Part shown: positions 52,835-64,000 of the stretch, piece after piece
Position numbering within the stretch: the stretch's first letter is position 1
Layout of the letters: each line of letters opens with the position of its first letter
NCBI GenBank assembly: GCA_025594325.1
Contig: JANHCV010000010.1
Coordinates: 992,001 to 1,056,000, forward strand
Reading direction: 5' to 3'
From: Blastocladiella emersonii ATCC 22665
Taxonomy: Eukaryota; Fungi; Blastocladiomycota
DNA length: 64,000 nt
The notes under the pieces: generated by a model
Databases searched by the model: none
Told to the model about the DNA's origin: nothing
Seen by the model: only the letters and a program-made list of their open reading frames with translations
Position numbers and translations under genes: made by a program

Positions 52835-53318
52835 GCGCTTCACTGCGTGTCGGAAAAAGCCGTCCCGTCGTTTTTCTCGCGCGCGCCGAGCGCGGCATAC
52901 GCGTTGGTGTGCGTGGAATACATGTGGATTTTTTCAGCGAAATCACTCCCGTCTCGTCTTGTGTGTGTGCGTGTGCTCTGATCGTCGCGCTGATCTCCAG
53001 CGGAGCTAGCGCCGGGTTGACCCTGACGGACGTCCAAGCGAGCGCGGCGTGGCTCTTGGCCTCCGCCGGCTCGGGGACGACATCGAGTTCTGCGTCGCCC
53101 TGACCGTGTTCGCCCGTTCTGGTCGTGAGTGCGCACTCGACTTCGAAGACACGACATGGTCTGCACGCTTTGGTGCTGGTTGAGCGCGCGCTCTCCTCGG
53201 CGGACGCGTAGTGCCCGGCGTGCTCATGATCTCGCAGATGCACGTCTCTTCTGCTCGCCGACACCAGCGCACCGTACTCCTTCACGTTGATGTGAACGGT
53301 TTCCTCTATTCCTCGCCG

Positions 53319-56300
53319 CTACACCGCCCCTCCACCTCCGCTACTCGCGCCGTCCTTGCCGCCGAACATGGACGCCATGAGGTTCCCGAGACTCCGCTGG
53401 CGGACGGGCTTGTCGGCCGCGTCGGCGCGCTTGACGCGGTCCTTGTCCTTGTCCTTTTTCTTCTTGCCCTTCTTGTCCTGGCTGCCGCCGGTGCCGCCCA
53501 GCACCTCGTCCGAGTGCGTCACCGCGTTGGCCGCGGCGTTGGCCGCCTTCTTCTCGAGCGACGACCCGGACTCGGACCCGCCGCCCGCGTCGAGCGCCAT
53601 CGCCGAGCTCGTCGCCATCGCGTTGCGCTGGTACCCAACGCCGCCGCTGCCGATCGGTGGACCCGGCTTGCGCAGGAGCCGCGACGACACGGAGCTCCCG
53701 CACCGGCCGCGCAGCGAGGTGGTCGAGGTCGACTCGCCGTCGCTCCCGCTGCCCGCGGCGCCGTCGCCCGCAGTGCTGGACTCGAGCGCGACCGACGAGA
53801 ACAGGTCGCCGACGGACCGGTGGATCCGCGCGTTGCTGCTGCGTCCGCCGAACAGCCGCTCGCGCTGCAGCGCCGGCGTGGTGCTGCCGGGCGGCGCGAG
53901 GAGGACCGAGCCCGCTCGGTCGGGCAGGGGTTGCGGTGAGGTGGACCGGCCGAGCGTGCGCGACGCGGAGCTGCCGTTCGCCGTTGGCGGCTCGAGCGAT
54001 GCCGCTGCCGGGGCTGCGGTCGGCGCGGCGAGCGGGATCGGCGGACCGACAGGGACCGTGCCCGCGAGCCCGAGCCCTAGCGGTGCGGTGATCGACGCGG
54101 ACGCGGTCGCGGCCATGAGGGAGCTCCCGGCGCCGCTGCCGCCCATCTTGAGGATCCCCGCGATATCGCGCCGCTGCTCGATGGCGTCGCGGCACTCGGC
54201 CAGGTTCTCGAGCCATCGCGCCTTGGCGTCGCGCGAGTCGACGACGAACTTGTGGCACGTCGCGGTCGCGGAGGCGGCGGAGGCGGCGGTGCTGGGCGAC
54301 AGGTCGGGCGACGTGGGCGCGGGTACGCCGAGCCACGAGGAGGTTGACGTGGGCGCGGTCCCGCTCGTCGTCGAGTCGGGGCTCGTGACGCCGACCACGG
54401 CGCTCTCGACGATCATGAACGCGTGTTCGCGGCGGACCGACGACGAGGAAGACGCCGAGAGCGCGACGGGCGACGTATCCCGGTCGCGGTCGCGGTCCTT
54501 GCTGCTGCTACTGCCACCGCCGAACCAGCTGAGCGGCTGCTGCTGCGGGCTCGGGACGAGGCTCGACACCGTGCTGCCCGTGGTGCTGGCCGACCCCTTG
54601 CGGTACCGCGCGTCGGTGCTGCTGCTGCCGCGGGACCCCGTCGCCGTCGGGCTGGTCGAAGATATCGCGGCGGGCGGCGGGTGGAGCAGCGAGTCGAGGT
54701 CCATGACCTGCGCGGCGTCGAGCGGGACGCTGACGAGGAACTCGAGTTTCGCGCCCTTGGGCACGCCGCCGGCGCCCGCGGGGCCCGCGCCCGGCCCGCC
54801 ACCCGCGTATCCGCCCGTCGTGTGATACGACCCGGACCGGTGCAGCGGCGGCGGTCCACCGCCTCCCCCCACACCCCCGCCGCCGCCACCACCCGACGCG
54901 CCCGCGAGCCCCGCGCCGCCGCGGATCAGCATGACGACGAGCTGGTCCGTGAACAGGAACAGGTAGACGGGAAGGGGCTTAGGCGAGCGCGACGTCGAGT
55001 AGGTGGCGAGCCCCTCGCCGACGTAGTGCTTGAGGTCCGTCGGGTGTGCGCCCGCGGCGCCGAGCCCGCGGTGCAGCTTGCCCGCGAGGTCCGAGATGTA
55101 CGACTTGCTGTCGTGGTACATTTTCGCCCGGTTGACGCGTTTCGCCGCGTGGCGGATCCCCGCCAGCGCCTGCTGCAGGTGCGCCAGGTCTGGGTGTGTG
55201 GGTTCGGTGTGACGGATGATGTCCTTGAGGAGCAGCTCGTACCGCGGGATGCTACATGGGGAGGGGTTCAGTTGATGGTGGGGCGAGTCGAGGGAGGGGA
55301 GGGAGGGCGTACCGCTGGACGGGCACGATGAGGAACGCGGCGAGGTCGTTCTTGTGCGACTCCTTGAGCGCCTTGACGTTCTACACGCGGTCGCGAAGAG
55401 GAGCAGCGTCAGTACCATGCCCAACAGTCGGAGCCATCACACGAACGAACCTGGAGGTACTCGGCGAACATGGCGACGCGGCAGCACCGGTCGAGCTCGG
55501 CCTTGCTGTCGTGGTAGTTGACGCAGTACGGCACGTAGATATCGAGCCACCGAGTCATCTCGATGAACAGCTGCCCGAGCGACTTGGCCGGCGTGACCGG
55601 CGGCGCAAGCTGCTGTGGAGACCCCGCCACCACCGAATCCTCGTCGCGGGCGAGCGATGCGGCCGCCGCTGCCGAATCCATCCCACCGAGCGGCGTCGAC
55701 GCGACGGGGGGTCCGGCGACCGCGACGAGTTCCTCGTAGAACGCGGCGTGCCGCTCGTAGATGGCCTCGACGTTCCCAAAGATCATCTCGATGCTGGCGG
55801 CGGTGATGGCGTTGCGGCCGGCGGCAGGGACTGCGCCGAACAGGGACCGCAGCGGGCGCCAGTACACGCGGACCAGGACGTCCAGGTTGCGCACGTATGA
55901 CTCCTCGGTCGTGACCACCTCGTTGACGACGCGCTCGCGGTGCTCGCGGTCCGACTGCGCGCGGTCGGCGGCGGCGCGCAGGCGCGCGGTTTGGCGGAGG
56001 GCGAGCCACCGGCGCGCGTAGGACTGGATCAGGGTCGCGGCGCGGGATTGGTGCCGCAGGGTGCGGCGCTCGCTACGTTGGGGAGGGGTAAGTTTGTGGG
56101 AGTGGAGTGGGTTTGGGCGGTATGTAGGGCGTACCAGTGGCCGCGCCAGACGCTCTGTATCGAGCGCGCCGCGTCGTGCTCGCGTTCCCTGCGCTGGATG
56201 CGGATCTGGTCGCGGGCGGGAGAGGGCAGCGTCAGTGATGACCGGACATGAGCGCCGCAGCAGCTGCGTACCCTCCGGTTGACGCGACGCACGGCGTCGA

Positions 56301-57349
56301 CAAACAGGACGAGGGAGTCGAGCGCGAGCAGGGCCTTGGCCGAGGCCGACTCGAGGTACACCTTGAACGGCGGGTTGAGCTGGTCAATGTCGCAGCCGGG
56401 CGTGTTGAGGAAGACGCGGGTCGTTTGGAGCGGGAACGACTACACACGGCGTACTTGTTAGAAGCTCGCCGTAAGTGTCCGACTTGAGAGTGTGCCGTAC
56501 CAGTCCCAGCCCGCCATTGGACGGCGTGACGGACAGCGTCATGTCCGAGATCGCGAGCGTCGCGGGCACCTCGGTCCGCGCCACCGCCGCCGCGCCCGCG
56601 CCTGACTTGCTGTCCATGATCGAGTGGATGGGCGGGAGCTGCGGCGCGCCCGACGTAGCGACGTAGTTGGCCTCGGCGGCAGCAGCAGCCTTGGACCCGC
56701 GTTTGCGCCACGGCGCCTCGGGCGGCGAGATCATGCGGCACGGCATCTCGAGGGTGACGGGCTCGAGCGAGTCGCGCGACAGGCATCCCATGGACCCGGG
56801 GTTGCTGTGCGAGAAAAACGAGCCCGGGCCGGGGAGCTCCGACAGCGAGGGCGTGCGGTCCTCGGCGCCGACGGACCGCCACGTGTACGCGCTCGCGCTG
56901 ATGGTGCCGCTCGGGGTCGGGATCATGCTGGCGTGGTTGAACAGCGACCCGACCCCGTCGCTCAGCGACGACGACGCCGTCATGTAGTGCGACGACGGGG
57001 CGGCCTGGGTCGGGGTCGGCGTGGTCCCGGTATCGGTTGACGCGGGCGGAAGGCCGTATGGCGGTGGGACCAGTGAGGGCGGGAGATGCGGCGGCGGGAT
57101 ATCGACGGGGTCGGCGATGGGCGGCGGGAAGTAGGGCACGTTCGAGAGGCGGCGGATGACCTGGATCGGGACGTGCACGTCGTTGTCGAGGCCCGACGCG
57201 ACGAGCGGCCACGACGAGCACGCCTCCATGTACATTTCGCCCGACCCGCCGGCCGCGGCGGCGGACGCGCTGTTGATCGGGATCGGGCCGGTCGCGGGGA
57301 CTGCCCCCGCGGTGGGCCCGGCGTAGTCGTGGGTGGCGAGCTCGGACAT
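53319..57349 (-). CDS. IQ-motif + DH(-PH) RhoGEF, multi-exon
   Basis: AARSIQSVWRGH and AATLIQSYARRW (IQ motifs). RERVVNEVVTTEESYVRNL, IFGNVEAIY, IYVPYCVNY, FLIVPVQR/IPRYELLLKDI (DH domain). PH-like YLFLFTDQLV. Confidence 0.88.
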
Positions 57350-57826
57350 GGCGAGTGGTGCGAGTGCGGGCAGGTTCAGGAGGGTGGTAGCTTCATGGGG
57401 AGCCGGTTGGTTGCGTCTAGTCTATCATGTGCAGCGGGGAGAAGATCTGAGGGGAGGAGCGTTTGGTGGCCGCATCGGGGCAAGTTTTCATCCAGTCGGC
57501 GCGTATTATTCATGGTCGTTTGGGAGACACGGCGAGCGGGACGGAAGTGCGAGCTCGTCGCGGGTGGCGGCGCGCCGCGGTGCGAGACACGCGAGGTGCG
57601 CTGCGTCAGGTGAGGAACGCGTGCGCCGCTGAGACGCGTCGCGAGTCCACGCGTTTTTCTTCTTCCCCTTCTGCTTCAACGGTGACGCTCGTTCTGTTCA
57701 GAGAAGTGTGCCAGTGTATTGTGTGTGATTGTGGGGGTGGGAGGGCGTGGAGTGCGATGGTTGACGTGCGTGTGCGAGGAGCGAGGGGGGTATCGACAGC
57801 TTCGGCGACGGCCGCCGGCCGCCGGC

Positions 57827-58231
57827 TTAGAAGAAGAAGGTCGAGCAGTCGCGCGTCGTCTTGACACACACGCTGCTGCAGAGCTTGGAGATACACGCGT
57901 CCTCTACACACACGGACGTGGTCAGCTTCTCGGCCACGGTGAGTGGAGATGGACAAGGCGTACGCGTGCGGTACTGCTTGGTGCCGTAGTAGGTGACGCC
58001 GGCGAGGACGAGCTTGGCGCACTTGGTCGTGATGCACTTGCCGCGCTCGCGGCAGCACCAGTGCGCCGCTTTGGACCCGGAGATGGACACGGGCGTCGGG
58101 ATCGCGCGCTTGACGGGGACCGCCGGCAGGACCGCGGCCGTGGACGTGGCGGGGCCCGTGGACAGGACGGCGACGAGGACCGCGAGGACCGCGAGCGTGA
58201 AGCCGAGGATGGTGGAGCGAGTAGTGCGCAT
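57827..58231 (-). CDS. Small secreted cationic cysteine-rich prepropeptide
   Basis: Signal peptide and KR (Kex2-like) site. Canonical in-frame 60-nt intron at 57963-57904 (GTACGC..GCTGAC..TAG). The spliced mature region has 8 Cys. Confidence 0.85.
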   Translation of the reverse strand: MRTTRSTILGFTLAVLAVLVAVLSTGPATSTAAVLPAVPVKRAIPTPVSISGSKAAHWCCRERGKCITTKCAKLVLAGVTYYGTKQYRTRTPCPSPLTVAEKLTTSVCVEDACISKLCSSVCVKTTRDCSTFFF

Positions 58232-59461
58232 GGTTGTTTGCTGTAGAGGTCTAGCTGGTTGTGCAAGGGTGCAAGGAGAGTCGGAGAGCGAGAGCTTCAG
58301 GCTGCTGCGAGGAGACGCAGGGACGAGAGGGGGACGCTTGCGGCCCGAATTGGCAGGCCTCTTCGCGCGCGCAGGGAACGTGCGCGAGGAACGACGCGAG
58401 GAACAAGTGATCGGCTTCGCGGGGAGCGCGTCGCCGCGGACGCTGTCCTACTTGTTCCTTGCGCGCGCGCGCGTTTCTTGTTTTCGCGCAGCGAAGCAGC
58501 TGCGCGCACGGACTGCCGTCGATCGGAGAAGCGTGTGTCTGGTCAGAGTCCGCTGAGCGACCATCGCAGAGTCTCTCGGCCACCAACGGTGAGGTGAAGG
58601 GGGTGGTGGGCCATGGTGGCTCAGCAGCCGCGGCGGAGACATTTCCCTTCCACTCACTTCTGTGCGAGTCAGTCCACGTTAGCGCTGAATAATTCTCCGC
58701 ACTCGACGACTGCGCCGAGAAACGGCAAGAGAGTCGGCCGTCGCGCAATGGTCGAAGGCAGGGCGGCAGGGACGCGCGGCGGAAGCGCGGCGGAAGCGCG
58801 GCGAAGCGCGGCGAACGGGGCCGACTCTGGCGCACGTGACGCGCGGAGGCCGCCCTTCTCGTCTCGTCTCCGCTGCCCTTGCCGTGCTCCACTGTGCACC
58901 CGCCCTGCCCTGCCCCGGCCGCCCGCCCTCCCTTCGGCCGGCCCTCCTCCCCGCCCACAGCCAGCGACCTCTGCCTAGCCCCGACATTCGCCACGTAATC
59001 AACAAAGTAGCACTCGCCCCGGCAACGCCCGCGCAGACCTCTATCGCTCGAGAGTTGCGCCTGTTCTTGCACTACCCCACCCACACCCTACCCGCCAGGT
59101 CCGTTGTCCCGCCGTACGCGCGCGCGCGCCTCGGGGGTCGTGGTGGGTGGCTCGGCGAGCGAGCGAGGGCGGAGGTGGCACACGGCACGGCGCAGTGCCC
59201 GAGATCTCGATGTTCGGCAGCGCCCTGCTGGATCGACGGTCGCTGCTCGTCGTGGCAGGCGGCGGCCTCGACCAGCCTCCATGACCGCCGTACCCGCGTC
59301 GTGCTCTCTCCCTCTGATCCGCCCCGGCCTCGGATCGAGTGCCACCCGCCCTTGCCGCGCCGCGCCCACCACCACCTCGAGCCCGAGGCGCTTGCATGAA
59401 CTGCAGCAGACTGGAACACTGACACCTCTGCCCCGCCACTCCACAGATCCACGACTAAACC

Positions 59462-60703
59462 ATGGTGCGCGAGACCAAGTTCTACGACACGCTGGGCGTG
59501 AGCCCCGATGCCTCGGACGCCGAGATTAAGAAGGCGTACCGCAAGATGGCGCTCAAGTACCACCCCGACAAGAACGCGGGCGACGAGGAAGCCGTCGAAA
59601 AGTTCAAGGAGGTGTCGCGCGCCTTCGAGGTGCTGTCGGACGAGCAGAAGCGGTCGCTCTACGACCAGATGGGCGAGGCCGGGCTCGAGGGCGGCATGGG
59701 CGGCATGGGCGGCGGCATGGGCGCCGAGGACCTCTTCTCGCAGCTCTTCGGCATGGGCCGCGGCGGCGGCGGCGGCGGCATGCGCGAGCAGGGCCCGCGC
59801 AAGGGCAAGGACATGGCCCACGTCCTCAAGGTGTCGCTCGAGGACCTGTACCGCGGCAAGACCACCAAGCTCGCCCTCAACAAGACGGTCGTGTGCGGCA
59901 AGTGCGACGGCCGCGGCGGCAAGGCCGGCGCCGTCCAGACCTGCGCCGGGTGCCGCGGCCAGGGCGTCCGCATCCAGATCCGCCAGATGGGCCCCATGAT
60001 CCAGCAGTTCCAGACCGCCTGCCCCGACTGCAACGGCGAGGGACAGACGATCCGCGACCGCGACCGCTGCACCGACTGCCGCGGCAAGAAGGTGGTCCAG
60101 GAGCGCAAGATCCTCGAGATCCACATTGAGCGCGGCATGAAGGAGGGCCAGAAGATCGTGTTCCGCGAGGAGGCCGACCAGACCCCCGGCATGGTCCCCG
60201 GCGACGTGGTCATCATCCTCGAGGAGAAGCCGCACCACGTCTTCAAGCGCAACGGCGCCACGCTCGAGATCGACCAGGAGGTGGACCTGCTCACGGCGCT
60301 CGCCGGCGGCCAGTTCGCCATCAAGCACCTCGACGACCGCTTCCTGCACGTCAGCATCATCCCCGGCGAGGTGATCCAGCCCGGCGCCGTCAAGTCGATC
60401 GCCGGCGAGGGGTTCCCGACCCACCGCCACCAGGAGTTTGGCGACCTGCTCGTCAAGTTCACCGTCAAGTTCCCCAACCCCGCCGACCTCACCCCCGAGA
60501 AGCTCGCCCTCCTCGAGAAGGCCCTCCCCGCCCGGGCACCGCTCCCCTCCATGGCCGGCGCCGAGGTCGACGAGTGCGTCCTCAGCGAGCCCTCGGCCAA
60601 CGCCAGCAACGGCGGTCGCAAGCGCATGGACGCCATGGACGAGGACGACGACGAGCACCACCACGGGTCCGGCGGGCCGAACGTCCAGTGCGCGTCCCAG
60701 TAA
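59462..60703 (+). CDS. YDJ1: Type I DnaJ/Hsp40 co-chaperone (Ydj1/DNAJA), intronless
   Basis: J domain with HPD, G/F region, four CxxCxGx(G/K) repeats, C-terminal CaaX CASQ. Confidence 0.97.
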   Translation: MVRETKFYDTLGVSPDASDAEIKKAYRKMALKYHPDKNAGDEEAVEKFKEVSRAFEVLSDEQKRSLYDQMGEAGLEGGMGGMGGGMGAEDLFSQLFGMGRGGGGGGMREQGPRKGKDMAHVLKVSLEDLYRGKTTKLALNKTVVCGKCDGRGGKAGAVQTCAGCRGQGVRIQIRQMGPMIQQFQTACPDCNGEGQTIRDRDRCTDCRGKKVVQERKILEIHIERGMKEGQKIVFREEADQTPGMVPGDVVIILEEKPHHVFKRNGATLEIDQEVDLLTALAGGQFAIKHLDDRFLHVSIIPGEVIQPGAVKSIAGEGFPTHRHQEFGDLLVKFTVKFPNPADLTPEKLALLEKALPARAPLPSMAGAEVDECVLSEPSANASNGGRKRMDAMDEDDDEHHHGSGGPNVQCASQ

Positions 60704-62149
60704 GGCGGCGAGCGCGGTCTGTTGTTCCTTGCCTACCTCCCTATCGTTTTGTGATTGTCTCCTACTTATTACCTCTCTATCTCATGGTTTCGGTTTATCC
60801 TTGCACTCTGCTCGCGGTTTCTGCTCGTCGCCGCGGCGGTCAGGTCGCGCGACGTTCGCCCACTTGAGTGCGAGTACGCGCCGCTCGCTGCTGCTCAGGT
60901 CCTCGCCCTCGAACGGCTCGCCCCGCGCGTTCGTGGTGATGAACATGCTGCGGGCGAGGGCCTCGTAGCTCGCGCCGCGTGCTGACGGGCTGCAGCGCGA
61001 GGGCGCCCGCCGCGTCGCGTCCCTTGCTGTCAACAGTCCGTCCCGCTAACTCAGCCTTTTGCGGCGGAGCGGTGGGTCCAGCGCGTGGCCTGAGCAGCGG
61101 TCCGTCGAGCGTGACGCGGGGCACCTCACGTAGACGGCCGGCGAGCTCGATGCGACCGTGGGCGCGAACGACGAAGCGACCGTGCTCGCCGGACGGATCG
61201 GCGACTCGTCGCGCAGGTCTGCTGACGGCAAGTTGCGTGTTGCATCGCATGGCGGGACGTCAGCGCGCGAACGCGTTGTCGAGCGCGGGGGCAGAACGAG
61301 CGAAAGGACGACCATCACAACCGGCTCGTTCACCAAAGCTCAGCGAGGCCCAACCGCGACACGGCCCCGCGCTGCCTTAGTCGCCGACGGTTGGCCATCG
61401 TGCAGCTGTACGTTGCCCGGGTCGAGCGCGGTCCGACTCACACTGGACGAGCGCAGAGCGTGCGGAGGGCGGTCAAGGGTGCGAGGACACGGCTTCCGAC
61501 CGACTTTGCGAGCGCGGCGAGCACGGCGCTGTACATGACGCGGCCAAGGTGGGCAGCACAGCCAACCCGCCATCTGAGCGCTTCAACTCACACGCGAATG
61601 CGTGGTGAACAACGCCCGCGGCCGAACACATGGCATGCCAAGGTTCGACAAGGGTGGTGACCATCACGCGGCGGCGCGCTGCGAGGTTGGACACGGCGCC
61701 CATGACAGGGTAGGGTCGACGCCGGCCACGGCCACGGCCACGGCCACACCAGCATGTCTGCGGTGCGGCATTGCAATCCACGAAGCGAGTGCAATGCCAT
61801 TGCGCGATGGTCGTGCACCTGGGGCCGCGGACGCCAGGCCTCGCTCGCCGTGTCGGACAGACAGTGATGACGTAGCGCGAAGAATCGTGATGCATGGTGT
61901 ATTGGTCTCACATCTCAAGCCGTTGCAGCAATTTGACGAGGATGAGTGCACAACGCTCAAGTTGAAGGGAGCAGAGCACGAGACGGAGCACAGGCGGAGC
62001 AACAGGTCGACGCGCAGGAGGTCGGCGCCACACCAGAACGTGATCCGAGTGCGCCACATTTTCGACACCGGCGACCACCCGGCGAGCCTGAGCCTGACGT
62101 GCGCGCCACCGTGCTCGGCTGCACCTCCTCTCACGCCTTATTTTGCCAC

Positions 62150-62596
62150 GTAAGTGCTACGCAACGAAACGATGCCGCGCCGCCGCGCCGCCGTCCGCCC
62201 GCCGGACCGCTCGAGACCACGCGCGGGGACGAACGAACGAATGCATGCGCCGCGAACCGCCGTCGCCACCAACAACCATGGAATTTTCGCCGTCGCCGCC
62301 GTAACGACCGTCGCTGGGCCCATGCTCGCCGGCCGAACGGCAGTCACCATGCGCGACCATCCGTAGCCGCCATGCGTGCGTGCTGTGCGGCTGGTCGCCA
62401 GTGAAACGGCGGATGGACTCTCGTGCTCGCCCCAGCGGCCGACTGCCCGACCGCTCGCTCGCCCCGCGTTTCGCTCGTTCGCTCGTTCCCCGTCGCGCTG
62501 GTCTCGAAGATTCGCGCGCGCGCGGCTGCGTCGCGTGCAGAAACGCCGTCCCTCTGAACTGAGCGCTGACGATCCTGTCGCCGCCTCGCTCGCTAG
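62150..62596 (+). other. Predicted 447-nt structured 5'-UTR intron of RPS16
   Basis: GTAAGT donor at 62150 after a pyrimidine-rich tract, GCTGAC branch at about 62564, TAG acceptor one base before the ATG, and several internal stems. Confidence 0.6.
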
Positions 62597-62597
62597 C

Positions 62598-63108
62598 ATG
62601 TCTGCTGTCGAGGCTGTCCAGACCTTCGGTCGCAAGAAGACCGCCACCGCCGTCGCCCACTGCAAGCGCGGCAAGGGCATGATCCGCGTCAACGGCTCGC
62701 CCATTGACCTCGTCCAGCCCGAGATCCTCCGCTACAAGATCTACGAGCCTATCCTCGTCATCGGCAAGGACAAGTTCGAGAACGTCGACATCCGCGTCCG
62801 CGTCAACGGTGGTGGTCACGTCTCGCAGATCTACGCCATCCGCCAGGCCATCGCCAAGGCCATCGTTGCCTTCTACGCCAAGTTCGTCGACGAGGCCTCG
62901 AAGAACGAGATCCGCAAGATGCTCGTCGACTACGACCGCACCCTCCTCGTTGCCGACCCCCGTCGCTGCGAGCCCAAGAAGTTCGGCGGCAAGGGCGCTC
63001 GCGGTACGTTCACTTCACTGACTCGCGTGGTGTGGCGTACTGGGCTGATCGCTGACTCGCGCCCCCCACTCGTCTCCCCTAGCTCGCTTCCAGAAGTCGT
63101 ACCGTTAA
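62598..63108 (+). CDS. RPS16: 40S ribosomal protein S16 (uS9), 2 coding exons
   Basis: [14 protein letters not shown]...[17 protein letters not shown]...[21 protein letters not shown], intron 63004-63082, then RFQKSYR*. Confidence 0.98.
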
Positions 63109-64000
63109 AGCACTCGCGTGGCGGCGCTTCGTGTCCGCCCAGTGTGCTCTCGGCAGCGTCACTCGAGGAATACATTTTCCATGTTACAGTCGAGTACATC
63201 TCTTTCGTCTCTGTCGTGTTGTGTCGTCGTGTCCCTGGCCGCGTCGACGACCGGTTTCGTGAGTCTCGTCTCGAATGAGTCTTCGACGTCACCGCCGAGC
63301 GGTCCTTTGCTTGATCGCACGAGCCCGGATTGCATGGTCGAGTTACCCGCGTCAACTCGTTGGCGTCCACAGCCAGGACGTGCTCGAGATGAACGTCCCC
63401 TCGACGCCTTGATCGCCGTGAAGATCATCAACCGATGTTGACCGAGTTCGGGCTGGGTGGTGCGGGTCCCTGGTTCAGCAAGCCCGCGTCATGGCGGACC
63501 CGTCCCATGAACCTGCCTCCTCCCCCGCACGGATCCGCAACCCACGGTTCGATCCTTCGCATCTCCCTCCGCTTCCTCTCGCGCCACGCGCACGGAACAG
63601 GGCTCATAACCACCTCTGCTACGCACACTTGACCCCCATCCCTTGTTCCGCGTCCATCGCACAAGCCTGGATGGTGCCCTCCTTGGGAGCAACCACGCGC
63701 TGGTCAAGTGTGTGCCTGCACACCGTACACACTGAGGCAGGGGAGTGGGACCAAGGGAACTAAATGGGGACGTTCGGGTCCCCTCCTCAGCGTCCCAGGG
63801 CAGCTGAAACCGGCCGGGTTTGCCCGCTGCACGGAAACGTGACCTATCACCTGAATTAGACGCGTTTTTGTCTCGCACCCACCAACGCGTCTGTCTCGCG
63901 CGCTGCCTTCAGCGCCGAGTGATCGCCGACCAGAACTCATGCGTTATAACGTTGAAATGCAAAGCGTCGAGCCAGAGTGCGTGCACCGCGTAGAACTTGC

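Noticed and set aside
60710-62140. ORFs between YDJ1 and RPS16, and those in 63110-64000
   Set aside because: No codon bias, motifs or splice structure supporting a gene.

Overview
Eukaryotic, very GC-rich DNA with short spliceosomal introns (about 55-95 nt; GTACG/GTGCG donors, CTGAC/CTAAC branch points, YAG acceptors). A GH18 chitinase, a Ydj1-type DnaJ and an axonemal dynein light chain (DNAL4) together point to a flagellated (zoosporic) fungus. Blastocladiomycota such as Allomyces fits best; this is an inference. Core genes: Spindly-like dynein adaptor, SAC3/GANP, two inverted copies of RPL41 (below the ORF-track cutoff), a secreted metallophosphoesterase, GH18 chitinase, CEP57-like, DNAL4, NC2-alpha, NAA38/Mak31, a cNMP-F-box-LRR protein, an M28 membrane peptidase, a PMCA-type Ca2+-ATPase, a GT31 glycosyltransferase, RPLP2, an IQ-RhoGEF, Ydj1 and RPS16. 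Between them are accessory tracts with less codon bias. These hold an expanded, intronless, birth-and-death family of F-box-like/ankyrin-like/LRR genes and relics, a Pif1-like helicase relic, an opsin-like class A GPCR inside the RPL41 inverted repeat, and two small secreted proteins. Best leads: (1) the RPL41-flanked segment with the opsin-like GPCR; (2) the modular F-box-ANK/LRR repertoire; (3) oversized, self-complementary introns in all three ribosomal-protein loci; (4) a perfect RFX X-box beside the chitinase TATA box; (5) animal-like retained features (Spindly, CEP57, PMCA calmodulin-binding tail). All family assignments come from motif recognition by eye, without database searches.
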